Source: Candidatus Bathyarchaeota archaeon (GTDB lineage Archaea; Thermoproteota; Bathyarchaeia; Bathyarchaeales; DTEX01). From it: DNA of 64,000 bases. The stretch covers positions 96,001 to 160,000 of the forward strand of contig CAVQNT010000007.1 of the NCBI GenBank assembly GCA_963714275.1, written 5' to 3'. This document shows, piece by piece, positions 1 through 10,725 of the stretch. The translations under genes and the position numbers were made by a program. Numbering within the stretch: the first letter of the stretch is position 1; the number at the start of each line of letters is the position of its first letter. The notes below the pieces were generated by a model. The model was not told the DNA's origin and did no database searches. It saw only the letters and a program-made list of their open reading frames with translations.

Positions 1-399
1 GAAGCCTACATAAAACTGTTCAAGATTGAAGCAGGTCGTCCCATGTCGGTCAAATCAGCGTCCAAGATGATGTCGAACCTCCTTTTCAACAACAGACTCT
101 TCCCCCTCATAACACAGACAGTTATCGGCGGAGTAGACGATGAAGGACCAGCAATGTACGTGCTTGACGTGCTGGGATCAAACATACCAGACAAATTTAC
201 CGCTGTGGGATCAGGCGCAGAGATAGCCATAGGAGTCCTTGAAGACCATTATAAAGAAGGCTTAACGGTCGAAGAAGGCAAAGAACTGGTCACGACAGCC
301 ATAAAATCAGCCATAAGCCGAGACGCATTGAGCGGAGACGGTATAGACTTCCTCATAATAACCAAAAACGGAACAAAAGAAGAATCCACAAAATTCTAA
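1..399 (+). CDS. psmB: Proteasome beta subunit (5' end outside window)
   Basis: Frame is open from base 1; motifs GGVD, AVGSG.EIA.GVLE and A.SRD.LSGDG are typical of archaeal proteasome beta. Confidence 0.93.
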   Translation, partial: EAYIKLFKIEAGRPMSVKSASKMMSNLLFNNRLFPLITQTVIGGVDDEGPAMYVLDVLGSNIPDKFTAVGSGAEIAIGVLEDHYKEGLTVEEGKELVTTAIKSAISRDALSGDGIDFLIITKNGTKEESTKF

Positions 400-435
400 A
401 ACCTACCAAAAAAAGAAAATAGGGATTCATCTCGA

Positions 436-1020
436 ATGTCTTTCACCTTAACACCAGATGAAGGAAATTTCTTAGTTAAACTCGCAAGGAAAGCCGTAGA
501 AGAGAACCTGAAAGACGGACGAATAATCACGCCTCCAAAAAATGTTTCTCCGAAACTCCAAGAACGAAGCGGCGTCTTCGTAACCATAAACTCAGTTAAA
601 GGCCAAAAAAGAGACCTCCGAGGCTGCATCGGATTTCCATACCCAACCCACCCGCTGATAAGAGCAGTAATCGAAGCAGCAGTTGAGTCAGCGACAGGAG
701 ACCCCCGTTTCCCGCCCATGAAACCACGTGAGCTGGACCATGTCGACTTTGAGGTCAGCGTGCTCACCCCTCCACAACTAGTCACGGCGGCTTCGCCAAA
801 GGAGTACCCATCCAAAATCGAGGTAGGAGTCGACGGGTTAATCGTAGAAAACGGACTGTACAAAGGACTTCTGCTTCCTCAGGTGCCAATGGAATGGGAA
901 TGGGACTCAGAAGAGTTTCTGTGCCAATGCTGCTTGAAAGCAGGTTTGCCCCCGGACTGCTGGGTGATTAAAGGAACAAAAATCTACAAGTTCACATCAA
1001 TCATCGCCCAAGAGACTTGA
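436..1020 (+). CDS. AMMECR1-domain protein (TIGR00296-like); 3' end may be cut short by a frameshift
   Basis: GVFVT, LRGCIG, DPRF, EVSVLT and GLLLPQV motifs. Confidence 0.9.
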   Translation: MSFTLTPDEGNFLVKLARKAVEENLKDGRIITPPKNVSPKLQERSGVFVTINSVKGQKRDLRGCIGFPYPTHPLIRAVIEAAVESATGDPRFPPMKPRELDHVDFEVSVLTPPQLVTAASPKEYPSKIEVGVDGLIVENGLYKGLLLPQVPMEWEWDSEEFLCQCCLKAGLPPDCWVIKGTKIYKFTSIIAQET

Positions 1021-1124
1021 ACCGAACGGACAGGTAGCCACAATTGACCTTCGCGAAAAGGGCGGCGGAGAAGAACTGAAGAAGCTCCACTAAGCATAAA
1101 AATAGAACTATCTTTTTTATGTGC

Positions 1125-2328
1125 CTAAATCTCGAGTATAACAGGCATGTCAGTTAGGTTGTTGCAGCCCTTTTTCGTAATTTCGACGATGTCTTCTATC
1201 CTAACTCCGCCAATTTCAGGATCGTAAAGTCCAGGTTCAACTGAAACCACAGAGTATTCATTCAGTGGTTCACTATTGTATTCGCTCATCGTCGGATTTT
1301 CGTGGATTTCTAAGCCAACACCGTGCCCGAGACTGTGAACAAACCCTTTGGTTGCCTTCTTGCCACCTCTCAAGGTGTCGTATCCAGCCTTCTCTAAAAC
1401 GTCACAACAAAGATCGTACATTTCATTTCCTAAAACTCCGGCATGCAAAGCCTCGACGCACATGTCCTTAGCCTCCGAGACAGCGTCAAACATACGCTTA
1501 ACAGCATCAGAGGCTTTCCCCTTAACAATAGTACGGGTCATGTCCGCCCAGTAACGGCGGTTTATGCTTCTGGGGAACAAATCAAGAACTATAGGTTGGT
1601 CAGCCTTAATTTTGTCTTCAGCGACTCCGTTGTAGTGCGGGTCTGACGAAGCGGGACCACAAGCAACAATAACCTCCTCCTCAACAGAACACCAGCTGTC
1701 CAGAAACCTGTGCCCTATGAGATTCTTCAGATCGCCCGCAGTCAAGGGCTTTTTCTTTCCATCTGTTTTTTGAACCAAAGTCTTGTTTGGTCCAACTTCG
1801 CAGCTTGCTACGAGGTCAATAGCTTCTAACATGACTTTTTCGTTAACCCTTTGAACCTTCGCAATTTCGTCGATTTCTTCAGTTTCTTTCGTTTCCCTCG
1901 CCCTTTCGACAACGTCAAACATGGGCTGTATCTTCAAACCTTCTCGCCTAAGCGCGTCAGCAAACATCAAAGGAAAGTTGAATGGCACACAAACAACCGT
2001 TTCCTTACCTCAGCTCACACTCCACAACTGATGCTAAAAATTTTAGAAAGCCAAGTCTCGGCTCTTTGGCTGCCTTCACAACTTCGGCATAGTTGTAGTC
2101 CACGTATGATCTCACGTCCTTAACGACAGATTCCTTCTGCGCCCTCAGAAACTCCATGGAATTAAGAACGACTAATGGTGGGCAGTTTACCTTTTTTAAG
2201 AAAATGAACGGATCCGGAGCCAAGAACTTTGTCAAGTAAAACATGTTAGGGTTCTTAAAGCTCTCAGAATAAAGCAGCAGTCCGCCTGCTCCTTTCTCAG
2301 CCATAATCACGTCAAGGTCTTTTCTCAT
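1125..2328 (-). CDS. Xaa-Pro aminopeptidase (M24 family), split by a frameshift near 2000
   Basis: ORFs 2005-2328 and 1125-1988; ADMTRT, HSLGHGVGLEIHE, EPGLY and GGVRIED motifs. Confidence 0.9.
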
Positions 2329-2472
2329 TCTTTCATCCTCCTAGATGCCAAGCTGATGTGTTAAACAGTTCAGTATGATTAGTTTTCTCATAACATAAAA
2401 GGATAGGTGAGCAATTGAGCTTTTTCATTGCCACCATAATACGGTTTAAAGATGTTAAAAAAGCTGCATAAA

Positions 2473-2596
2473 TCACCAGTGTTCAAACTTTATTATCTCA
2501 TTAAGCGGCTTCCGGTTAGTCACAGGACCTTTTTCCTCCGCAGGATAACCCAAAGGTGTCATCACAACAACGCGGACGTTTGGAGGAATACCAAGG
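2473..2596 (-). pseudogene. Nitroreductase C-terminal fragment, separated from its N-terminal part by an insertion
   Basis: Manual translation LGIPPNVRVVVMTPLGYPAEEKGPVTNRKPLNEIIKFEHW* continues the fragment at 7394-7790. Confidence 0.88.
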
Positions 2597-2856
2597 AAGT
2601 AATGTTACGACAAAAGGTTAAGGCATGAGTAGAAAGGCTTGATTTAATTCGCCTATTATCTTTTAATAGTAAGAAATACAGATTAAAAACTCCATGTGTG
2701 AAAAAATTTGGGGGCATTCATTTAATGTTACATTATTATTGAGTAATGGGACTAAATAACCTTAAAAAACGATTATTTTTTTTGTTAAGGAATCCCAGTA
2801 TACATTCCTCAACGCAAGGTTGTTAAATGTTAAATTATTTTACGATATTACGATAT

Positions 2857-2904
2857 AGAGATGAAAGAGAAACATGGACACCAAGAATCGCAGTTTTGCT
2901 GTAA
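2857..2904 (+). pseudogene. cas1 3'-end remnant
   Basis: Translates RDERETWTPRIAVLL* versus RGERETWAPRIAVT* at the end of cas1 (48190-49224); shares the 16-mer CACCAAGAATCGCAGT. Confidence 0.75.
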
Positions 2905-2927
2905 AGAGGAAACAATAAAATTACGTA

Positions 2928-3575
2928 TTATCTTGCTCTGTTTAAAGCAAAAACATAAAATCTAAGATACTCTAAATATTCACCTTCGTTAGTAGTGATT
3001 TCCATTTCTCTGAATTTGCCATCCAAGTAAGCTTTTAGTACTATTTTATTTTGTGCATAACGATTCTCAAACGAAATACTCTCTGAAGAGTCTTTCTTAC
3101 TTACTTCCACTTCATTCTAAACACATAAGAACTTTTGAGTATACGCTAAGAATAAGGCTGCTACGTCAAGTGCATCTTCCACTTCTTCCTTTGTAGGTTT
3201 CCTATATTCGTGTTCTAAGAAGTTTCTTTTTTGATTAATCTTGCCCAATATCCTAGGTGTAATTATTCCTAGATTATTCAAAACTTCAAGCTTTCTTGGG
3301 AAATTCCATTCTTCCTTTTTAGATTTTTTATATAAGCCAAATGCAAATAATAAAGTATCCATTTGGCAATCAATTGCCCTCTTAATATTTGAAAGAGAAT
3401 TTATTAGATTATGTTCATATTTGCTATTCAAATCATTTTCTGCAAATTTGAAAAACTGCATAGTTCTTATTTAAAAAGGAACTTCGATTTCTTCAGAAGA
3501 AATAGTTCCTAAAACGATTATATCTTTAAAGTCACTAAAGAACTCTCTTAATAAATCAATACAAACTTTGCCCAT
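2928..3575 (-). CDS. Putative HEPN-domain protein, fragmented (ATG at 3575; ORFs 3117-3461 and 2928-3110)
   Basis: Helical segment with an R-x4-H motif (RNFLEH) and an N-terminal AENDL...KRAID pattern. Confidence 0.55.
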
Positions 3576-3612
3576 ATCTGACTATATGCGATTTAGCATA
3601 GATAATATTTCC

Positions 3613-3639
3613 GTTTGGGTTTGGAGTTAAAATTTAAAC
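3613..3639 (+). repeat. Degenerate Cas1-element end motif (TTTGGG repeat plus palindrome)
   Basis: GTTTGGGTTTGGAGTTAAAATTTAAAC resembles 28503-28530 and 51605-51639. Confidence 0.65.
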
Positions 3640-3858
3640 GCTGTCAAAGACATTCTTTTTATAAGGTCTCAAAAGGGATCTACCTTTAATTATTTCTTTA
3701 AAATACAGATTCAAAATCAATACATAATCAACTATATAACTTAAAATTCGAAAAAATATATGGTTTATCACATTGAAGTATATTTGGTTGTGAAAACCAT
3801 CGTTACACATAAGTATAAATAACACTTTCTTTTAACTTCCTTACGGATGTTTTAAAAA

Positions 3859-4748
3859 ATGTCCATGACTATCTCGGTGGGGGATTATCCTTCTTCTGCT
3901 TTTCGTTATGCTCTTTTGGAAATAAAGCCTATTCGTTATGAGGAAAAGTTTAAAGTCGGTTCTCTTCGCTTTAAAAGAACAAAGATTGCCTACGAACAAA
4001 AGAACAAAATAGAAAGTTATGAAGATTATTCTAATTTGCGTTATTCGTACATCTTTTCAGATATGCCTATTCCTTCTATTTTTTCAGAGAAAAGAGTTTT
4101 CAATCATTTCCTTGATACATCCATAAAAAATTATCACGAAGATAAAGAATTTCAGAACGAGTTAGTACGATAGAAACAAGACATTATTAGGACTCGTGTC
4201 TTTCATTCAAAATAGATTTGAAGATGACTTAGAATCCTATTATTTATCAGAGGCTTTTCGTTTCTATCACTCAAATTTTCCTCTTTCCTTTTTCACGAAG
4301 ACCGCTATGAATATTGATACAACACAAAAGTTTCTGTACCTTATTAGAAGGATTGTTAGACGCTATGAACTTAATAGTCTCTAGGCCAGGAGTCAGGTTC
4401 CCATTTGAACACAGAAAGTACGAAATGCAAATCATGCAAGAATCATTATCACCACTCATTGACCGAATGGATTTACTTAGCAGAGCAGTCTCTCAATTAA
4501 AATTATATTCATCTATTTGGTCAGCCACAAATTTTGAAGAAATAGATTGCCCGAAATTTTTAGATATAAATAAATTAGATATTAAACAATTTGAGGAATT
4601 TAACAAAAATTATGAGTCAGAGCTTGAATGTATGAGAAGAATGATTTATGAGGCTTCAAGAGAATATGATAAGGAAATTTTCAGTGAAGCAAAGTCATCA
4701 GACGAACATACTTACTCAATGTTGAGTAATCTTCTTCTATCACATTAG
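3859..4748 (+). CDS. Hypothetical protein, probably one gene broken into three ORFs
   Basis: Abutting or overlapping ORFs 3859-4173, 4196-4384 and 4314-4748 directly upstream of the PIN-like gene. Confidence 0.5.
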
Positions 4749-4758
4749 GTTTTTAGGG

Positions 4759-5529
4759 ATGTCTTTTTATTTGACTAAGATTTCAGGATGTTTTTATGTT
4801 GATTCATGTGTAATTCTTTCAGAGATTCTTGGTCAAAATCAACAAAAAATGAAAAAACTTAGAAAGGATATTCTGACAAATGGAATCGATTGCTTCATTT
4901 CGAAAAGCGTGGCTGATGAAGTAACAGAGAAAATTCAAAGCACTTCAAATTTTCTGGGAAATATTTTAAAGGAAACTATAATTGTTTATCTCGAGGATTC
5001 AATTACAAACCCTCGAGATTTAACATCTATAAATCCCACAAATAATGATTTACACATATTAAAAGAAGCCTTCTTAACTGTAAATATAAACATAAAATAC
5101 CTAAATTTAATTACTGATCCTTTTCGAATGGTTGAAGAATGGCTTGTTGAAAAGTTTGATGATGAGATATCTAAAAATACAAAACAAACAATTGGAAACA
5201 TCATAATAAATCTTACCAAAATAATATTGCAAGAAGTTGTAAAAATTAATATGAATTATGAAAGGATTGTGCAATTAGAAGCCAATTATATTCACAATTC
5301 AAATCAAACTCCTGATAACAATACAAATAGAGAGTTACAAACATTAGGTATTCATAGACCAGATTCTGACCATATTTCCGTCATAAAATCACATTTCATA
5401 AATACTAAAGAAAATGCTATTTTTCTTACATTAGACTTCGGAATAATCAAAAAGTGGAATCTGATAAAAAATGTTTTCGATATAATAGTATGTGATCCTA
5501 TATATGGTCTCAGCCATCTTAGGAAGTAG
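4759..5529 (+). CDS. Putative PIN-domain nuclease
   Basis: N-terminal YVDSCVI, ISKSVADE, PDSDHI and FLTLD pattern of acidic residues typical of PIN folds. Confidence 0.6.
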   Translation: MSFYLTKISGCFYVDSCVILSEILGQNQQKMKKLRKDILTNGIDCFISKSVADEVTEKIQSTSNFLGNILKETIIVYLEDSITNPRDLTSINPTNNDLHILKEAFLTVNINIKYLNLITDPFRMVEEWLVEKFDDEISKNTKQTIGNIIINLTKIILQEVVKINMNYERIVQLEANYIHNSNQTPDNNTNRELQTLGIHRPDSDHISVIKSHFINTKENAIFLTLDFGIIKKWNLIKNVFDIIVCDPIYGLSHLRK

Positions 5530-5561
5530 CAAACAATTATTCTGAGAATAAGATTTTAAAT

Positions 5562-5729
5562 TTATTCTTTTATGTTATTTGCCATATAGCGTTTACATTT
5601 TGGGCAAATCCAGCCCGCTTTTTTTAGCTGTCTTCCACTCTGAGTGTATAACCTTCGCATATGTTGTTTTTTTCCGCTTTTTGTTCTACAACCATTAGGA
5701 CAGATAGGACTTTCAGATCTTCCACTCAT
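5562..5729 (-). CDS. Small basic Zn-finger protein (55 aa, not in ORF track)
   Basis: MSGRSESPICPNGCRTKSGKKQHMRRLYTQSGRQLKKAGWICPKCKRYMANNIKE; divergent from the integrase. Confidence 0.6.
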   Translation of the reverse strand: MSGRSESPICPNGCRTKSGKKQHMRRLYTQSGRQLKKAGWICPKCKRYMANNIKE

Positions 5730-5766
5730 ACACCAAGAATTGTTTTGTATGTTATTTAAGATTTCT

Positions 5767-5815
5767 TTTACTATAGTAAACGGTAAGGCTTATATTTCCC
5801 TTTTACTACAGTAAA
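5767..5815. promoter_or_regulatory. Paired palindromic operators flanking a TATA-like box
   Basis: TTTACTATAGTAAA (5767-5780, perfect palindrome) and TTTACTACAGTAAA (5802-5815) around CTTATATT. Confidence 0.65.
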
Positions 5816-5836
5816 CGGCAACAAAAGGGGTTTAAC

Positions 5837-7027
5837 ATGGTAGGAACGGATAAACAAGTTTTCAGCGAATCAATTGATCTTCGAGTTAAGACTAATGGAA
5901 GACCAAAAGTAAACCGTGAACTTGCGGTTCAGCTTATGAAATCTAATTATTCTACCCGATACATCAGAAAAGTTTTAAAATGTAGTCCCCGAACCCTGAG
6001 CTAGCATAAGAAAAGAAAATAATGTTTCTGATGTTAAGATAAATCCCGAAAGGCTTGAAAGGTTAAGCATAAATTTTGATGAAGAATGTAAAGAAGCTGT
6101 CGGGATCTCTTTTTATGAATGGCTTAAAAATAGAGCTGTGAATTATGTTGTTCTTTTTAATTTCTGTAAAAAAGTTTATGAAGATGTTTGGAATAAGCCA
6201 AGTATTCTTTTGTTAAGAGATCCGAAAGAAAAGTTTGGGGATCAAGTATGCTCTAAATTCCTTTCAGTTTTTCAGGAAGACGAAAAAAGGATCAGAAGAC
6301 GAAAGAAAATAATAAGGTATTTCTTCCGTTTCATAGGGCGACAGGATCTTAACGAAAGATACTTAACAGTAAAAAAAAGCCGAGATCTAATAGTGAAACG
6401 GGATCTTCCTGTAATAACGAATATGGATTTTCCCGAAAAGGTAGATCAGCTTATCGGGATGGTTCAAAAGAATTTAGGGGAAGAATACGCATTAGCCTTA
6501 CGCTTTAAACTTGTTACTATGATGCGAACAGGAAACAGGAAAGCAGAAAAAGAGCTTTTAGGATTAAAAAAGGATCTTGGTAAATCTTGGATCTCTTTCG
6601 AGAATAAAGACAGGTTCAAGGGAAAGATCTTAGGGAAGGGCATGGAAGAATGGGGAATAGATTGGCTACCTATAACAGTAAGACACGAAATTTTTAGACT
6701 ATATTCTTCCCGAAAGATTGGGGAATACCTGTTTAACATAAATGAAAAAACCTTACTGAAAGAATTAAGGAAAGATTGTTTAGCGTTAGGACTTCCCCCC
6801 TTAAGATTGCATGATTTAAGGAAAGTTACAATATCTTGGTTTTGGGTTTTTGGGATAGATCTTTCGATAGCTACAGAGTTAACGTGGGATGGAAGGATCT
6901 TAACACAGTTAAAGACCATTACCTAACGATTAATGAGCTGATCCGAAGAACGGACAGGAAATTATACAAATCAGCGATCCCCGAATGGTTCAAGGAAGGA
7001 TTAGAAGAATACCTACCAATATTTTAA
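5837..7027 (+). CDS. Tyrosine recombinase/integrase with an N-terminal HTH; two frameshifts
   Basis: GRPK-HTH N-terminus from ATG 5837; MMRTG (R) and LHDLRK (HxxR), then GWKD and DHYL (W, Y) in ORF 6836-7027. Confidence 0.82.
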
Positions 7028-7393
7028 GCCTTAAAACTATAGTCTGTTTAGTTATATTCTTAGTTAAGCTAATTATAGCTATTTAGATGTATCCTTAATT
7101 GAGTTAATTATAATTGATTTATTGCAAAAAAAGATGGGGAGACAGAAAGAAACCAATTAAGCTAGATGGTTTGAAACGCATGGTTATAAAGTAATTCATA
7201 AGGGTTTTAATAATCCTGATGGGGAAAGCAAAAGGTAGTCACCGAGGAGCTACCGATATTCTTAAAATGAACCCCTTTTCTTTTATGGGGGTTTAAACGG
7301 AAAAATATTTTTTAGGTAGCTACCGTTAAACGAACCCCCCCTTATTGCATACCTTATTGCATGGATTCCATGCAGAAACTACGTTAATTAAGA

Positions 7394-7790
7394 ACCAAGG
7401 GCTTTTTTAACCTCGTCTTCAATGAAGGCTCCAATCCAGCATGTTCCCAACCCCTCTTCCCATGCAGTCAAAACAAGAGTCTGCATAGCAATAGCGATGT
7501 CAACTTTCCAGTATTCTTCTCCGTCAAACTTTTTCCAAGCTTTTATCCAAGTGTGCACATGCCACAATGATTACGGGTGCAGAAATGAGCCATTCACCGC
7601 CATAAGCTGGTTTGAGCTTTTGTTTTATTTCAGGGTCTGTTACGATGATGAAGGTCCATGGTTGAAAATTGACCGCTGAAGGCGAAAGCCTAACCGATTC
7701 AAGAACCCTCATGAGCTTCTTTTTTGTTACAGGTTTACTCTTGTATTTCCTGATGCTTCTTCGAGTTCTGATTGCCTCAGATACGTCCAA
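7394..7790 (-). pseudogene. Nitroreductase N-terminal fragment (also frameshifted near 7530)
   Basis: RRSIRKY, SPSAVNFQPW and AWEEGLGTCWIGAF motifs; ends EVKKALG at the repeat. Confidence 0.9.
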
Positions 7791-7878
7791 CTTTAATCAC
7801 ACAACTCATATTTTACGTGGACACAAAAAAAGTTTTTTCGATATTCAAGCCTGTTTTTAATAAACTAGGTGGGAGAGG

Positions 7879-8370
7879 GTGAACACCACCCTTAATTACA
7901 GCCCTTTTCACAATTGTAAACGGAAAAGTATGCGCGACATTGAAATGGCAAAAGAAATCCTAGGCAATAAAGGAGTTTCATTAGTAATAGTCAAGGAAGG
8001 ACAAATCCTTTTCGAGTCGGATTCGTCAGGAATCCGTGGACTGCTTCAATCTATTGAAAAGCTGAAGATAGAAATGTATGGCTCCTCAGTTGCAGACAGG
8101 ATTGTTGGAAGAGCAGCCGCCCTTTTATTAGCATATTCCCGTGTAAACGAGATTTATACATCTGTCCTCAGCAGAGGAGGATTGGAGGTGCTTGAAGAGA
8201 ACCGCATAAAAGTTGAATGCCAAAACTTAGTGCAAATAATTCTTGACCAAACGGGAAAAAACATCTGCCCCTTCGAAAAGTTCTCGTCCGAAATCAAGTC
8301 TTTGGACAAAGCCTTCGAACAGCTGAAAGACTTCGCTGAAAAATTTTGGAAATCAAAACAATGTTCTTGA
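7879..8370 (+). CDS. DUF1893-like protein (true start probably ATG ~7930)
   Basis: VADRIVGRAAA and CPFE motifs. Confidence 0.75.
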   Translation: MNTTLNYSPFHNCKRKSMRDIEMAKEILGNKGVSLVIVKEGQILFESDSSGIRGLLQSIEKLKIEMYGSSVADRIVGRAAALLLAYSRVNEIYTSVLSRGGLEVLEENRIKVECQNLVQIILDQTGKNICPFEKFSSEIKSLDKAFEQLKDFAEKFWKSKQCS

Positions 8371-8406
8371 ATTAGCTTTTCTTCAAACAGCTTTCGTTAG
8401 GGTCTT

Positions 8407-8706
8407 TCAACTAATCAGGCTTTTTTTCTCCATAAGCTTGGATAGTTCTTCCATTAGTCGTTCCATGTACGTTATGCCCTTAAACTCAAGACCGTAATTC
8501 CTCAAAACAAAGGCGATGGACATGAAACTCCTTGTTCGCCAGTGTTCTTTCACTGCATCATAATCTTCGGAGGATATGGCGTCCACTAAGCGTTTGGCGT
8601 CCTTTTGAACCTCAGCCTCGTTGACATATCCCTCAAGTCTAAATGGATTTTTCTTAGCTTCTGACCTAAGGAACTTTTTGAATGCTTCATCAGACATTTT
8701 ACTCAA
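8407..8706 (-). CDS. Hypothetical protein
   Basis: 99-aa ORF co-oriented with and downstream of the AAA+ gene. Confidence 0.55.
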   Translation of the reverse strand: MSKMSDEAFKKFLRSEAKKNPFRLEGYVNEAEVQKDAKRLVDAISSEDYDAVKEHWRTRSFMSIAFVLRNYGLEFKGITYMERLMEELSKLMEKKSLIS

Positions 8707-8758
8707 TCTCTTTTTGACAAAGATTCACAATATAAATGAAGTGATACTCCACGTCATC

Positions 8759-10555
8759 TCACGGATTGTCCTTGAAGACTTCTTCCAGAACTTCCTTTGG
8801 TTCAAACGTTTCCTCAGACCTCACTGAAGCTTCCTCGACATAAAGTCGAGTCGCATACCTCAAAGCCTCTTTACTTACCGGCACGAAATCTGTGTCTGCG
8901 CGGAAATACTCCATTAAAGAAGCCGCGGAGGCAAACCTGAGCGCCTTGTCTTCCAGCCTTGCTGAAAACTTGACAACTTTTTGGGGAATCCTTTCAAGGA
9001 TTGCTACCCTAGCCTTTCCGATAATGTCGAAAACCTGCGGAGTGATCATGACAGGTTTGAACCTGAAACGGTTCTTTATTAAGGGATGCCCAGTTTCTAT
9101 GGCGTAGACCAGAGTTAAATGGTCTCGGATTTTCTGTGCGTCCTTTTCTATATCTATGGCTCCAAGCGCTAACTTCATTTGGCTCTTCGTTAACTCAATG
9201 AATCGCTCCTTTGTTAATCGGTGCAGACGACAAAGCATCCTGTCCTCTATTGCGTTAAAATTTGGGTCCTGAATGGTTACTTCGTAGCCTCTGTCATGAA
9301 TTGCCGCGTTATAGTTCACAGAAAAGAACGAGGTGAACCTGTACGGTCCAACGACTTCAGCGTGGGTCTCATACATTATCTCGCCCTGCTCCATCGCAAT
9401 CTTCAGTGGCTCCACCATGCCCTTGTACCTAAAAAAGTCGTTAAACTCGGGCACAATAAAATTATAAACTTTGCCGCTGTAGGCTTGACCGATCCTTATG
9501 AAACGCGCTGGAGTAATTCCTCCACAATACCTGTTTCTGCCCGGAATACCGTGCGCACCTATCTTGGCTCTGGGGCTTCCAAGAATCATGTCTCTCGTCG
9601 AAAAGCTTTTTCCAGTGCCTGGATCACCGAACAAAGCCAGAGACCAGCCTGTTCTTTTTCCTGTTCCGCCGTGTTCGTGGGTGATCTCGATGTTCGCAAG
9701 CCCGTATTGCTGGGTAATGCTCAATAAACTGTCAAAGTAGAGGACTTGCCCGAAAAGATTCTGTAGGTAACTTGACAGGTACTCGAGGTTGAACTCTTTC
9801 CCAAACTTTAATGTGCGGTCAAGCCTGTGCTTCAAGACATCTTCCAAGTACTCATCGAACCCTTGGTCCATTTCCTCGACCTTTTTCTTTTCATCAAAAA
9901 GGTGGTCAACAACTCTGGATTTTTCTTTAGAAGCAACTTGAGGGAAACGGTCTGTAAGTTTTACGACTGGTCTAATTGGTTTAGGCGGCTTTTTTCTTAT
10001 TCCAAGTTCAAACTCTATGATGGGAACTGTCTCGTCGAGAATTTGCCATTCTTGGTATTTGTCGCCCTTGTATGATGTGACTATTAGTTTTGACCTTTCA
10101 AGCTCATCCAAAACCTCTCGGAGTTCATCCGTCTTAACTTGCCTCTTCATTTCTTCGAAGCTCACGGGACCATGACTTTTCATCAAAGCCTTAAGGATGG
10201 AGATTGTAAACGGACCATATCGGGCTTTGGCTCTGCGAATACCATTCTCAACTGTTTTAGAGGCTGTTTCTTTCAACAAAATTCCATCCTCAAACGTGTA
10301 AAATCTTCCTCTAAAGATTGCCCAGTCTCGCGGTTTAAATTTATTTAGAACCTGTTGAAGCCCATCATCATCCAATTCCTGAGCAATTATGAACGATGTC
10401 TCTTCTTCATTCCCGATTTTCCATTTATTTGCCAAGTCCTTAAAGCAAGATATTTTTATCCATTTGCCGATGCTGAAAAGGTCAGCTCTTGAAAAAACTC
10501 TTTTCAGAAGCATGGCTCTTTCAATTAACTTTTCGTTTTCTTCGAGATCAGACAA
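8759..10555 (-). CDS. MCM-related AAA+ ATPase with an atypical N-terminus
   Basis: Walker A GDPGTGKS, FIVPEFND, LKIAMEQGEI, IEDR (Arg finger) and SARL..ALR (sensor-2-like). Confidence 0.7.
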   Translation of the reverse strand: MSDLEENEKLIERAMLLKRVFSRADLFSIGKWIKISCFKDLANKWKIGNEEETSFIIAQELDDDGLQQVLNKFKPRDWAIFRGRFYTFEDGILLKETASKTVENGIRRAKARYGPFTISILKALMKSHGPVSFEEMKRQVKTDELREVLDELERSKLIVTSYKGDKYQEWQILDETVPIIEFELGIRKKPPKPIRPVVKLTDRFPQVASKEKSRVVDHLFDEKKKVEEMDQGFDEYLEDVLKHRLDRTLKFGKEFNLEYLSSYLQNLFGQVLYFDSLLSITQQYGLANIEITHEHGGTGKRTGWSLALFGDPGTGKSFSTRDMILGSPRAKIGAHGIPGRNRYCGGITPARFIRIGQAYSGKVYNFIVPEFNDFFRYKGMVEPLKIAMEQGEIMYETHAEVVGPYRFTSFFSVNYNAAIHDRGYEVTIQDPNFNAIEDRMLCRLHRLTKERFIELTKSQMKLALGAIDIEKDAQKIRDHLTLVYAIETGHPLIKNRFRFKPVMITPQVFDIIGKARVAILERIPQKVVKFSARLEDKALRFASAASLMEYFRADTDFVPVSKEALRYATRLYVEEASVRSEETFEPKEVLEEVFKDNP

Positions 10556-10725
10556 TCCGCAGATTCCTCAAGCCTATACAATTGTCATGTAAGAAACATT
10601 CTTCCTATTATTTATGGAAAAGAAACGCTTTAAACTTAACGGGGTTTCGAATTCAAAAAATGTTTCTATGCTATGTAAAGATTGGGCAAGCTGGGATTAC
10701 ACTCGGTATTTTCATACAGTATAAC

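Larger units (their letters stand above)
2590..7400. mobile_element. Integrative element encoding a tyrosine recombinase, inserted in the nitroreductase gene
   Basis: 7-bp direct repeat ACCAAGG at 2590-2596 and 7394-7400, exactly at the gene break; AT-rich interior; integrase at 5837-7027. Confidence 0.85.

Noticed and set aside
7240-7365. Short repeats near the right att site (CCTTATTGCAT twice, GCTACCG twice, AACCCC/GGGGTT)
   Set aside because: They could be integrase arm sites, but no matching copies were found at the left end, so they are unsupported.
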